Shown here piece after piece: positions 33,677 through 50,452 of a DNA stretch of 64,000 nucleotides. The position numbers were made by a program, and so were the translations under genes. Below the pieces are notes generated by a model. The model saw only the letters and a list, made by a program, of their open reading frames with translations, searched no databases and was not told where the DNA came from. The stretch is taken from NCBI RefSeq assembly GCF_009914755.1, contig NC_060926.1. One strand, given 5' to 3'. Source of the DNA: the human T2T-CHM13v2.0 reference genome, Homo sapiens. The number at the start of each line of letters is the position of its first letter. Positions within the stretch are counted from its first letter, which is position 1.

Positions 33677-33801
33677 GTCAAAAGAGTGTTGAGTTTTATT
33701 TGAAAAGACAGTTATTCATATATTACTGTGAATCCCCTTGACCCAATTAAGGGTTGATTTTTACTTTGTCAGGGCAGGTCTATTTTAGTTTTGCTTTCTT
33801 A

Positions 33802-34122
<321 letters not shown>

Positions 34123-35864
34123 CACATAGCTTTTACTCCTAGGACATGGCTTTTTTGTGGTCTCTATCAAATGCCATGGATGCTCATCAAAGTTTCTCCA
34201 CTCTGGCCAGAGAGAATCTCTAATGTCTCTCCAACTCTAGACAATCTCTAAAATCTCTATTCAGTTTCTAGGGCACACTCCAACAGCTCTTTTCTTTAGG
34301 TTTTCTGGGGTCTCAATTTGTGCATGCACATCTGAGGATTAAGCTAAGGATTCAAGAAAACCCCTACACAGATTTTTGATGTTCCGTCTATGTAGCTGTC
34401 TTAAGCATCATGCCCCTCCAAATCCCATCCATCACCCTACCATCCCCAAGCTCTGAAATCTGTTTCCTCCACCCACCAGACTTCCTCTCTGTGCTTGGGC
34501 TCTACTTCCTTGTACCATAGCTGTGAAATGCTTCCAGGAAGAAAGCCAGAGTAAATGTGGGGTTCACTTTGCATGCTTCCTTTTTCTTAAGTCTTGCAAC
34601 CTTGCACTGTTAGGTATCCAGTGCTTATAAAAATTGGTTGTTACTACCAGTACCAGCCACTGCAAAAATATGCCAAATTGTAAAGACCATCAATGCTAGG
34701 AAGAAACTGCATCAACTAACGAGCAAAATAACCAGCTAACATCATAATGACAGGATCAAATTCACACATAACAATATTAACCTTAAATGTAAATGGGCTA
34801 AATGCTCCAATTAAAAGACACAGACGGGCAAATTGGATAAAGACTCAAGACCTATCAGTGTGCTGTCTTCAGGAGACCCATCTCATGTGCAGAGACACAC
34901 ATAGGCTCAAAATAAAGGGATAGAGGAAGATCTACCAAGAAAATGGAAGACAAAAAAAAGCAAGGGTTGCAATCGTAGTCTCTGATAAAACAGACTTTAA
35001 ACCAACAAAGATCAAAAGAGACAAACAAGGCCACTATATAATGGTAAAGGGATCAATTCAACAAGAAGAGCTAACTATCCTAGATATATATGCACCCAAT
35101 ACAGGAGCACCCAGATTCATAAGGCAAGTCCTTAGAGACCTACAGAGAGACTTAGACTCCCACACAGTAATAATGGGAGACTTTAACATCCCACTGTCAA
35201 CATTAGACAGATCAATGAGACAGAAAGTTAACAAGGATATCCAGGAATTAAACTCAGCTCTGCACCAAGCAGACCTAATAGACATCTACAGAACTCTCCA
35301 CCCCAAATGAACAGAATATACATTCTTCTCAGCACCACATTGCACTTATTCGAAAATTGACAACATAGCTGGAAGTAAAGCACTCTTCAGCAAATGTAAA
35401 AGAACAGAAATTATAACAAACTGTCTCTCAGACCACAGTGCAATCAAACTAGAACTCAGGATTAAGAAACTCACTCAAAACTGCTCAACTACATGGAAAC
35501 TGAACAATGGAAACTGAACAATCTGCTCCTGAATGACTACTGGGTACATAACGAAATGAAGGCAGAAATAAAGATGTTCTTTGAAACCAATGAGAACAAA
35601 GACACAACATACCAGAATCTCTGGGACACATTTAAAGCAGTTGTGTAGAGGGAAATTTATAGCACTAAATGCCCACAAGAGAAAGGAGGAAAGATCTAAA
35701 ACTGACACCCTAACATCACAATTAAAAGAACTAGAGAAGCAAGAGCAAACACATTCAAAAGCTAGCAGAAGGCAAGAAATAACTAAAATCAGAGCAGAAC
35801 TGAAGGAAATAGAGACACAAAAACCCCTTCAAAAAATTAATGAATCCAGGAGCTGGTTTTTTAA

Positions 35865-36086
<222 letters not shown>

Positions 36087-36144
36087 TAGGAAGAAGTTGA
36101 ATCCCTGAATAGACCAATGACAGGCTCTGAAATTGAGGCAATAA

Positions 36145-36405
<261 letters not shown>

Positions 36406-36477
36406 TGAATCCAGCAGCACATCTAAAAGCTTATCCACCATGTTCAAGTTGGCTTCATCCCTGGGATGCAAGGCTAG

Positions 36478-37794
<1,317 letters not shown>

Positions 37795-38327
37795 TTAATC
37801 TAAAGAGCTTCTGCACAGCAAAAGAAACTACTATCAGAGTGAACAGGCAACATACAAAATGGGAGAAAATTTTTACAATCTACCCATCTGACAAAGGGCT
37901 AATATCCAGAATCCACAAAGAACTTAAACAAATTTACAAGAAAAAATCAAACAACTCCACGAAAAAGTAGTGAAGGATATGAACAGACACTTCTCAAAAG
38001 AAGACATTTATGCAGCCAATAGGCACATGAAAAAATGCTCATCATCAATGGCCATCAGGGAAATGAAAATCAAAACCACAATGAGATACCATCTCACACC
38101 AGTTAGAATGGCGATCATTAAAAAGTCAGGAAACAACAGGTGCTGGAGAGGATGTGGAGAAATAGGAACACTTTTACACTGTCGGAGGGACTGTAAACTA
38201 GTTCAACCCTTGTGGAAGACAGTGTGGCGATTCCTCAAGGATCTAGAACTAGAAAATACCATTTGACCCAGCCATCCCATTACTGGGTATATACCCAAAG
38301 GATTATAAATCACGTTGCTATAAAGAC

Positions 38328-38956
38328 CATAAAAGTTATGCAATTGTGGTCTCTTTCTCTCTCAAAATGCATAAAGTTTTCAGACTGTGGTTGACCATGG
38401 ATAAGTTAAACTGCAGAAAGTGAAGGTGTGGATAGGGTTGGGGGAATACTGTGCAAAAAAGGCAACAGGAGGGATCGTTGTGGCGATGGAAGTGTTCTGT
38501 ATCTTGACCGTATGAATGTCAATATTCTGGTTGTGATATTGTACTATATGTTTGTAAAATGTTACCACTGGGGAAACTATGCAAACGGTATATGGAATCT
38601 CTCTGTATTACTTCTTGCAATGCATGTGATTCTACAATTATCTTAAAACAAAATGTTTAATTAAAAAAAAACCCACAAAACTTGACTGTTCCTCAAAACC
38701 TTCACTGAGTTAACCACTTCCTCTTTGAAACCACCTTATACCCTATACAACACTGATAATATAGTATTATTGCCCTTCCATGTTCTACTGTAATTAGTCT
38801 ATCTCCCTTACCAAACTGTGAGCTCCAAGAGGAGGTTTTAAAGGCAAGATATGTTTTGTTCATCTATGTATGCCTAGCATCTAGTAGTGCCTGATACATT
38901 GAAGATGTTTTGTAAATGCTTGTTGAATAAAACTGGATGTGACAGACATAAAAAAA
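38328..38956 (+). other. Polyadenylated insert of ancient repeat mosaic (Tigger/MER44-like end + L1MC-like 3' end + L2 3' end) inside L1PA ORF2
   Basis: L1 sequence stops at TATAAAGAC and resumes at AAAGACACATGCAC; TSD AAAGAC at 38322-38327 / 38957-38962; AATAAA 38926-38931; A-run from 38950. Confidence 0.8.
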
Positions 38957-39533
38957 AAAGACACATGCACACGTTTATTGCGGCACTATTCACAATAGCA
39001 AAGACTTGGAACCAACCCAAATGTCCATCAGTGATAGACTGGATTAAGAAAATGTGGCACATATACACCATGGAATACTATGCAGCCATAAAAAAGGATG
39101 AGTTAATGTCCTTTGTAGGGACATGGATGAAGCTGGAAACCATCATTCTCAGCAAACTATCGCAAGGACAGAAAACCAAACACCGCATGTTCTCACTCAT
39201 AGGTGGGAATTGAACAATGACAACACTTGGACACAGGATGGGGAACATCTCACACCAGGGCCTGTCGTGGGGTGGGGGGAGGGGGGAGGGATAGGAGATA
39301 TACCTAATGTAAATGGTGAGTTAATGGGTGCAGCACACCAACATGGCACATGTATACATATGTAACAAACCTGCACGTTGTGCACATGTACCCTAGAACT
39401 TAAAGTCTAATTTAAAAAAAAGAACAGTGCTTTTCAGAAGAAAGTGATATTCCTCTGCTTTAATTAAAGACATGCATGTTTTCAGTAAAAAAAAAAAAAT
39501 TGGTTGTTACCTTTTCTTAATATTTTAGTGTTT

Positions 39534-39536
<3 letters not shown>

Positions 39537-39578
<42 letters not shown>
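39537..39578. repeat. (TG)n microsatellite
   Basis: About 20 TG units. Confidence 0.95.
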
Positions 39579-39580
<2 letters not shown>

Positions 39581-39774
39581 CAAGCAGGTTATTCTGATGC
39601 TGACTACTTCATCATGATCTTAAATAGAAGGATTTAAAGATAAAGATGAGGAAACCTCCAGAAAAATTGAATGAAGAGACATTGAGATAATAAATAGGAG
39701 TAAAACAATTAGAAAATCAGAGATCTAGTTCAGGAGATCTAACACCCAATAATTAGAGGTTACAGAAAAAGAGT

Positions 39775-40275
39775 ATATATTAATGATCTATTTGGGGTGA
39801 CAAATTACCTCAAAACTTAGTGGCTTAAAAAATTGTAAACATTTATATCTCTTTCAGTTCCTGTGGCCACGAGTTCAAGAGTGACTCAGCTGAATGGTCT
39901 GCCTCAAGGTTTCTCATGAGGTTCAGCTGGATGTTGGCCAGGGCTGCAGTCTTCTTAAGACTGGCTGTAGCTGGAGAATTTGCTCCAAGGCAGCACACTC
40001 ATGTGACTAGCAGGTTTATGTTCTTTCTCAATTTCTCACTATGTGAATCTCTCCACAGGGTCACTTGAGTATCTTCATGACATGACAGCTAGCTTTTCCC
40101 AGAGAGAGTAATCCAAGAGACCAAGAAAAAAGGTGAAAGGTCTTTTATGACTACCCATTGATGTCATCCATTGTCACTTTCACAATATCCTACTGGTCAC
40201 ACAGGTCCTCCCTTTTAATGTTGAAAGGGAGTACACAACAGCATGCATAGCAGGAGGCCAGGATCATTGTAAAGG
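39775..40275 (-). mobile_element. MLT1-family solo LTR
   Basis: ACAAATTACCTCAAAACTTAGTGGCTTAAAA, GGCCAGGGCTGCAGTC, GGAGGCCAGGATCATTG. Confidence 0.7.
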
Positions 40276-41660
40276 GGCAAAAATAATCAAAGAAATAATA
40301 GAAGAAAATTTCCTATATGAGAAGAGCATGAAGTTTCTACTGCGGTGGATTAAAATAGACTCTACTCCAACGAACAACAGCATGAAATTTCAGAACACTG
40401 AAAGTCAAGAGAAAATTTCACAAGATTCTAGGAAGGAAAAAAAGGATGTCACATACCAAATGTTTAGAATCAAAATGGCTTCATAGGAGTGGATGCAGTG
40501 GTGTGCCCATGTAGTCCCAACTATTTGGGAGGTTGAAGCAGAGGATCACTTGAGGCTAAGAGTTTGAGGCCAGCCTGGGCAACACAGAAAGAACCCATGT
40601 CTAAAAAGAAATAAAGAAAAAAATAGCTACATACTCCTCAAAGGCAACATTGTAAGACATAATATATAATGTCAAATAGAATAAATGAAGACATATCCTA
40701 AAGCAATATATTTAAAATTCTGGGAAAAATTACTTTAAACCTATAATTTAATACCCAAGTCAAACTATCAATTAAGTTTTAGTGTAGAATAAAGACACTT
40801 TAAGATATGCAAGTTAAAAAAATTATCTCCCACACACCCTTTCTCAGAAACCTTGGGAAAACAGAGGATTCAGGAAACAAGGGATTCAATACAAGGAAGA
40901 GGAGAAGGAAATCCCCAGAATGATGAAGAAAGGATTTCCCAAGACAACAGCTATGTGCCAAGTGCAGAGGGCAAACAGAACGGACTTTAAAAGGGCAGAA
41001 GATTCAGGAGATTGTTTCAAGGTTAAATTGATAGAACACCTAATGTGTTTAAACACACTGAGAGATTTACACAAGTGGGGAAGAGTTTAAAGTTGAACTA
41101 CTTCAGATAGTGAACTTAGTGATAAATTCTTCAAAAAGGAAGGCAATGGAAAAATAAGCATTAATTCCAGACAAAACAATAAACTGTGCAGGAAAGGTAA
41201 CACAACCAAAGTTTACTATATATCTCTGCTGCAACTGGCATTTACAAAGTCATAAAAATGTGAACACAGAATACTGATCTAGTGAAAAATCATAATATAA
41301 TTATACTGAGAGGGCAGAGGAATGAAAAGTATGCATGTATGTGGTGGTGCAGACCAGGGATTAAAAGACAGCTAAATCTTCATTTTCCATAGTGGGAAAT
41401 CAATAGGTACTATCTTGAACTGAAAAATCAATAAATAGCAATATAAGCATGTTATTTAGAGATGTGGAATTAAATACCAAATGAATCAACTATAGTTGCT
41501 GAAATTGGTTGCCTCTGGGGAGCAGGAATTAATGAAGGGTATGGCAAAATTTGTGCTAATTTTCTTAATAAACCTCATAAAACTGGCCTATTCTTTCAAC
41601 TATGTTTGTATAAATTTTCATCAAAATAAACCAAAAACAATTAAACTTGAGAAAAATAAC
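40275..41660 (+). mobile_element. Degenerate ancient L1M fragments (ORF1-like and 3' end)
   Basis: AAAGAAATAATAGAAGAAAATTTCC, ATGAAATTTCAGAACACT and AAACTATCAATTAAG are ORF1-type motifs. Confidence 0.55.
40486..40622 (+). mobile_element. FLAM (free left Alu monomer)
   Basis: Single ~130-bp monomer with A-tail; degenerate TSD AAAATGGCTTCATA / AAAATAGCTACATA. Confidence 0.75.
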
Positions 41661-42819
41661 GGAAAAGCAGGGAGTAGTCAGTTGTTTTGAACACTGATGA
41701 ATAATCAAGAAGATAAGAACAGAGAATGGTTCATTAAAGGTGACAAGATGTAGATCATTGGTAACCAGAGGAGTAGTCAGTGTGGAACCCATTGGTAACC
41801 GGAGGAGTAGTCGGTGTGGAAACCCCCTTAATATTCAAAGAGAAAAATACGCAAGGGATATAAATAGACATCACAGAAAATAGGTATATAATCATCCGTA
41901 GTCACATGAAAAAATACTCCATCTCATTCATAATAAAAGAAATGCCAATTAAAGTGATATGATATTTTGTAACATATTGGCATCAAATAAAAAAATAATG
42001 TACTCGTCATTGGTAATGGTGAGGACAGAATGGCAGCCTCATACACAGTATATGAGAGTGTGAATTGGGAAAGACTTCACTGAAGGCTAATTTGGAATAT
42101 CTATGAAAATGTATAATTCACCTGCTCTTTGAGTAACCCCTCTTCTGGGGTTTTATACTACAGATAAACTCATGGAAGTATGCAGTATGTTTGAAGATAC
42201 TCAGTGGAAAATAATACAAACGTCTCTCAGTACAGAACTTGCTAAACAAATGATACGTTCTTCCCACAGATTACTAGGTGCATCATTAAGAGTGGCTGTT
42301 CTGCACGTGCTCATGTTGAAAAGGGGACAAGATATCTTAATTCAGAAAAAAAAATGTTAATAGTATTTATAGTTATGAGTCTGCATGTGTGACAAATGAA
42401 GACAAGTCATTTGTAATGATCTGGCACCTACTGGATGGTCAATAGAAAGTTCTTAGCTACTGTTCCTAATGCAAGCTGTAAAACTAAACAATGATTATGA
42501 TTCCAAATAAAAATGCATTGGATAATAAAGCTCACTTGGCTGCAGAGGTCATGCACATCGAACTTTACATTTTTCTGTGTGATTTACAACAGTTTTGCTG
42601 TTCTCATTGATCAACTTAATCATGATTAAATGTAATAAATTTGAACTTACAAAATAATGTAACAGTCTGCTGTCATATGTTTTGTATGTTTTGCCTATTG
42701 GACTTTTTTTTCAGAACAAGCTTTCTTTAAAAGTTATATAATTCTTTGGCTCAAAGAAAAAACCTAGAAAATAATATTCCCCACTGACCTGTACTTTCCT
42801 GACCCAGCAAGCCTTCAGC

Positions 42820-43400
42820 AGATTTGTCTTGGACTAGAATTCAAGACACCTGGGTGCCAGTCCTGGCTCGGCTACTCAGTAGGTGGGTGACCTTGAGCAA
42901 ACCCTTCGGCCTCTCTTAGTTCTTCTTAGCTGTCGTATGGGATACAGCGCCTTTCCTATCTACCCTGTGGGACTACTGTGAAAAGCAAATGAGGCAACAG
43001 GTATATAAATTTGTAATCTGTGAAAGCATGCACATGAAAGAACTTTTATTTTGATAGCTAGAAGTATCCTCTCACAGGTTAAATATTTCTGGTCCTCCCA
43101 GCAGAGAGACACGCCTGGGTATTTATTCAGTAGACCTTGAGTGCCTTTCTGGACCAAGCAGGGACTGGTGAGGCAGAATTGAATATGATGCAGTCCCCGT
43201 TCTCAAAGAACTCACAGTTTGATAGGAGAGGCAATTACAGTAAAACGTGAGAAATACAATATAATGGTTATAGACAAAGACTGGTGGGACTCACAGGAGT
43301 CAAAATGTCTGACTAGAGAAGGCATCACTGACAAGTGACACCTGGATCGAGTCTTCAAGAACATGTGAGAATTTACCAGGCAGAGAATTGATTGATTGCT
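42820..43400. mobile_element. MIR followed by an L2 fragment
   Basis: AGACACCTGGGTGCCAGTCCTGGCTCGGCTACT...GTGACCTTGAGCAA (MIR); TATTTATTCAGTAGAC...CTCAAAGAACTCACAGT (L2, minus). Confidence 0.65.
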
Positions 43401-43679
43401 GGGTGGAACCCAGGCAGTGCCCCAACTGTGGAGCAATTTCTCACCCCTCTTTCTTTATCAAGTCTTACCTCTGCTGTGAGATAGCAGACCATCAGAAACT
43501 TGCTCTCAGCTACCTATCCTATTGGAAAATGTTTGAAAAAGATGTTAATGACAGGTTAGGTGTGTGCTTCCCTCCAGAATAGATGCATTTGGGTCCAGAG
43601 GGTGAGATGGTTCTCTATACACAGAAATACCAATAATTTTAGCTAAATAGATTTACTTTTAGGGAAAGTACCTAAGTAA

Positions 43680-43961
<282 letters not shown>

Positions 43962-46900
43962 AATACCTAAGTAATTTCTATGGCCACCAGCTGGTACCAG
44001 ATCATTACAAACATTACTTTTCTTCATTATCACAACAACCTTGTTTTTTTCTTATTATAGGTGGCAGAACATAGGACGAGAATCACCACCCAGCCAGTTA
44101 TACCAGAGCCAGGATTCAAACTCAAGCCATGATCTTGCATATCCATTGACAAACTGGTTCTCATAACCGCCCTGGGAAATGAGCAGGAAAGGAATGTTAT
44201 CCCCACTTAAGATGGGGAATCCGGGCATGGAAAGCTCTGCTGGGGACTCCCCGCTGGGCTTCCTGACTCCTACCCTGACTGAGGTTGTTACCTTGCAATG
44301 GAGGCCAAAGTCCTGACAGGCAGTGGGAAAGATATTTTGGGGTAGGGCTGTCTCCCTGGTGCTTGTCAGATCTCATCTTGTGAAACAATTGGTTCAAGTT
44401 CACTGGGCCCGGGTGCGCAGCCTTCCCTGGCTGGAGCTGGGACCCTGCTGTTCTGAAAAGCTATATGGAAGGAGATTTCTTTCCTTCTCTGATTATCCTC
44501 ACCACTAGGTGGGATGGAAGCTGTCTACCAGAGTCTGCTGCAGGTTAACCCTTCCCCTGCCCTCATTCAAGGACATGACAGGGATGTTCCAGGTAAATGT
44601 GCCCCCTTGGCTTGAGACAGCACTTGTGGTAATGGAATAGCTTCCTCTGCTATGGCCTGCTTGTGTTAGTTCACTGAGAATGGACTCCCTGTGGGTTCGT
44701 AGAGTGCAACAATTGAAGAGCTTGAATAATGGTTAACCAGGATGAAGTCACATCCGAATATGCGTCATCTCACCACCTCCTTTGCTGCAGTCCGAAAACC
44801 CCACTGAGTCTTTGTTCTTTTTCCATCCGTCTGTCTCTCTTGGTATCTGTCTCTCTCTTTCTCATCACCCCTTCAGGGTATTGATGCTTATTGATACTGG
44901 ATTTTCTTTCTCACTCCAGTTTTTCCTGTCTCTATCCACCTGTCTTTCTCCCTCCAGCTCTCCCTCACTCTCTCTCCCTCCCCTTTTCCTCCCTTCTAGT
45001 TCCCCATTTTGCTGGTCTCATTGTAGACCTGCATTCATTTACGATTCATTATTCTTACTGAAGAGATCCTTTGATCTTGTCTGTTAAAAAGTAAGTGAGT
45101 TGCACTCTATACACCAAGAAAAAACAAAATCATCTTTATTTAACTTTTTTTCTGGCCATGGGCCTGTGGCTGGGGCAAAAATAGGTCTCCCTGTTTCTGG
45201 CACACACACCAGCCTCCCCAAGCTGCAAGCCAGCCCAGTGGGCAGACACAGCTGCGAGGCAGGAATACTGTTACCCAACTCAGGGTGGTGCCAGAGCTCC
45301 GAGTGCCCAGGCAGGCCTCCCCGCCAAGGCAGGGATCGCTCTGAGGCCAGAGGAGGCCCAGGGGACAGAGTCAAGGCTCCTGCTCACCTGGCCCTGGGGC
45401 TGTGGCTGGTGCTGGTTAGCCACTTCCTCCCCTTCCCCAGCAGGGCAGCAGGAGGGTTCCACTGGAGCCCAGCCCTGTCTCAGCTTGACCCCTATACCTG
45501 GTGACATCCCGCAGCCTGGGTCAAGCTGTCAGGTTAGCACGCAGCCCAGTTAAATGCACTGGGCTAACATCTGGACTTAGAGTTATGTAATGTTTTTACC
45601 TCATAATATTGTAACCTAGTAGAGGACATTTTATGGAGTCTTTAGAGGTGACCAAACTGAGGCTCATGGAGGTTGAGTTATCCAGTTAGTCAGGGATGAA
45701 GCTGGTGCTCAGGACTCTGGAATTCCTTGCCCAGATGTTCCCAAACCAGGTTGCATGGGCTGCTCCCCCAGGCCTGTTTCTTAGGGTAAGTGGTAACAAG
45801 CATCCCCATCATCTCCAGTTTGGAGAGCAGCCATGGGGCAGTAGTTTGCTGGGGGGAGGGTGGAGCTTGGACATGTAAGCTGGAGTGTCCCCTGGCATGA
45901 GTGTGAGGTCCTCTGCAGGACAGGATGTTGCTGGGGACAGGAAGTAAAGGCGGGTGGGATGGAGGCTGGGGGCTGGGGACCTGCTTTTCCTGAACCACCA
46001 CATTCAGGCATGGAACTCCCAGGAACCGAATGTTCTGAATTTCAACCTGGCCTTCCAGGTCATAATGAATGTGTATTTGCAAAATTAGAAGGATAGAATG
46101 TACTTTACTTAATGATTGTTAACTCAATAATTTTGAAATATTAAGATGTGAATTGGGCTATCACTAGACTTAGGGGCTCTGAGCCTCACAGATATTAGAA
46201 CTGGGCCTGTGAAGCACCTTTTCACCTGTTGATTGGCTATTTGGTTTCCTCTTATGTGACACACCCCACAGCTGCTGTCCCAATTCCCCTTCAGATCCTC
46301 TCCTCTGGGGCCCGGGAGCTCCTCCTGACCACTGTCCTAACCCCAGGCTGGCTCTGCTCTATCCCCTTCTCCATTCTGCTGCCAGAGACATTCCTAAACG
46401 GCTCAGAAATTTTCTAAGTATCCCACTAGCCATGAACTAGAACTCCAGCTCCCAGCCTGCCCTTCAAGGCGTTGGTTCCTTATGGAGCTAACTGTAAAGA
46501 CCAAGTTGCTTTCTGCAGTGAGTTGGGGAGGCCAGGTGAGGATGCACAGGGAAGTCAACCGTGTGGCTAGACCTAGTCAACACTGTGGCTAGGCAAAGGC
46601 CAGGAAGCGCCACCAAGAAAGAGCAAGGAGAAGAGCAGGGTCAGGGCTTGTGGAGACTGGGGTACAGATGAGGGGCTCAGAGGTAGGGCCACCCTGTTAC
46701 CTCCTCAGCTCTGTGCTCTACTCTCACAGAAGGACACACAGCCCTCTGCTGCTCTCTTTGCTTTTTTCCTTCTACTCTCAACACCAGCCAGCTACCTGTC
46801 TTTTTCTATGTCTCCACTTACAATCCCCCAGGGGAAGGATCTATTGATCCAATTAGTGCCAATATTCCTTTGGGCCGAATGTTCTTGCCTGGCCGCAAAG

Positions 46901-47182
46901 GAAAACAGAGGTACCCAGGCTGACCTAATCAACTGAGAGCTAGGAGGTGGGGTCACGTGGTTTCTGAAGCTGGTCTTCTTGTTCTGGGGTGAATGGGCAG
47001 GTGTTCCAAGACCTGGCCTACCCCGTTCATCAGCCAGGCTCCAAGGCACCGTCCCCAGAGGTCCAGCTGCTGAGCCCACACAGTCTTTGCTTATGCCATT
47101 CCTCTCACCAGGTACACTTAGCTTTCAAGCTCAGATAAGTGCTGCCCCTCCTTCCCTTTCCCTCCCAGGAAGCCTTCCCTAA

Positions 47183-47566
<384 letters not shown>

Positions 47567-48491
47567 CCTTCTTTCTGTTATTATTGTGAGTTGTTACTGA
47601 TCTATCTCCTTAATTGGGCTGTAAACATCATGGAAGTGGAGACTATTTTATACATCTTTGTATAGAGAGTCCAAGTGCCTAATACAGAGCCCTGCATAAT
47701 AGGCTTTCAGTTCAATATTTTGTTAGATAAATGAATAAATGATCTGGAAAAATCAGCACAACAGATGATCCCAAAATTAATTCTCTATTTTCTTAGATGC
47801 ATCTTTTAAATGTTTTAAACACTAATAACGGATTTTTAAATGCTGGGGGCTCAAATACTGCCCCTCCACCCCCATTTCACCCTGCACCAGCTCCTCCTCA
47901 GTCAGGTCTAGGGTCCTGCCTCTGTCCCAGTGGCCACCTGGCTGTGGGGGCAGGGTGGGCCACCCAGGAACCTGTGTGGTCAGGGCTCTGCATGGAGGGT
48001 CTGCCAGGGCAGCCTGGGATGTGGCTGGGCTGCTGCTGTGGACTGGGTGGGGTGGGAGGCGTGGACAGCTCCAGCGTGCTCTCCCTCACGTCCTTGAAGT
48101 TTGCCCATCCTCTGACTCAGCTCCAGCATCTCAATTCGTGGATGAATGCCCTGGTCCTAGACAGAGAGCCAATTCAGCCCAGCAGGGTTTCTGGAGGGCT
48201 CCCAGGAGGGGGAGTCCCGGAACATGGCCCGGGACAGTGAAGTTGGGGTGACGGCCAGTTCACTCCAGCTGCAGCCTAGGACACATTCCTCTCCATTCCC
48301 ACCCCCACCTCACATTCTGCTGGAGCCCTCCATAGTGCCCAGCTCTACGGGTAAACAGGAGACTCAAATATACCTTGGGGGCTCAGCTGCTAGTGTTCTG
48401 CAGCTCCTCTGCCCTGTTCCTCTGTTTCCCTCCATCTGGCTTTGTGTGTGTGCATATGTGTGCTTGTGTGTGTAAGGGTGTACACTCCTGA

Positions 48492-49201
<710 letters not shown>

Positions 49202-49397
49202 TATTTTTTCTATATAATTGATATTATATTAAAATGATATCATTTGATAAACATACAATAAAATGTACATGTCAATTGATAATGTTTGACAATTTGGGTG
49301 CAACTATCATCCAAGTTATAGAATAGTTCATCTCCCCAAAATGTCCCTCACACCCCTTTCTACTCAACCCTCTCCGTTTTCAATCAGTATCTGATTT

Positions 49398-49444
49398 TTA
49401 TATATATTTTTATATATATATATATATACATATATATATGTATA
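49398..49444. repeat. (TA)n microsatellite, interrupted
   Basis: TATATATA runs with single-base interruptions. Confidence 0.9.
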
Positions 49445-50058
49445 CCTAAACCAGTATTAAGGTTTAAAATTTAAAAAAGATCTTCTTCAGACAAGACATC
49501 ACATACTATGCCACTTAAGTATAGAGACAGCCACATGGTACCCAGTCCTCCTGAAGCTAAGGGGTCCTGACCTCCTCCCACCTTTCTTCCAGGTATCCCT
49601 ACTCCAGGGCTACACCAGGGACTGCATGACAAGACAGTGGCATTTATAAAAGGTCCAGGGAAAGAGCCCAGGACTTGAAGTTGGAGGCTGGGCAGGGGTC
49701 CTGGGTTTGCCCTGTGTGGTTGGGAAAAGGCACTGGATCTTTCCAAGGCTCAGGTTCCTTAGCTATACACTGTGGAGGTGATGGTCACCCCCAGGGATGC
49801 TAGGAGGATTAAAGCCCATTTTGCAGCCAACTTTATTCTTCTGTAGATGGAGGCAAGGCATCAGTCTATTAATTACATAACACAAATAGCTAACATACAC
49901 TGAACTCTCTTTGGGTGCCAGGTACTAGGCTACCAACTTCCTTTTAACCCCCAAGTAAGGGAATGGGGACTATTGTTTATCCCCATTCTACAAATGAGAA
50001 AATGGGCTCAGAGGAATTAAAAGATTTGCCTCAGTTCAAACAGCACACCATAGAGTTA

Positions 50059-50452
<394 letters not shown>

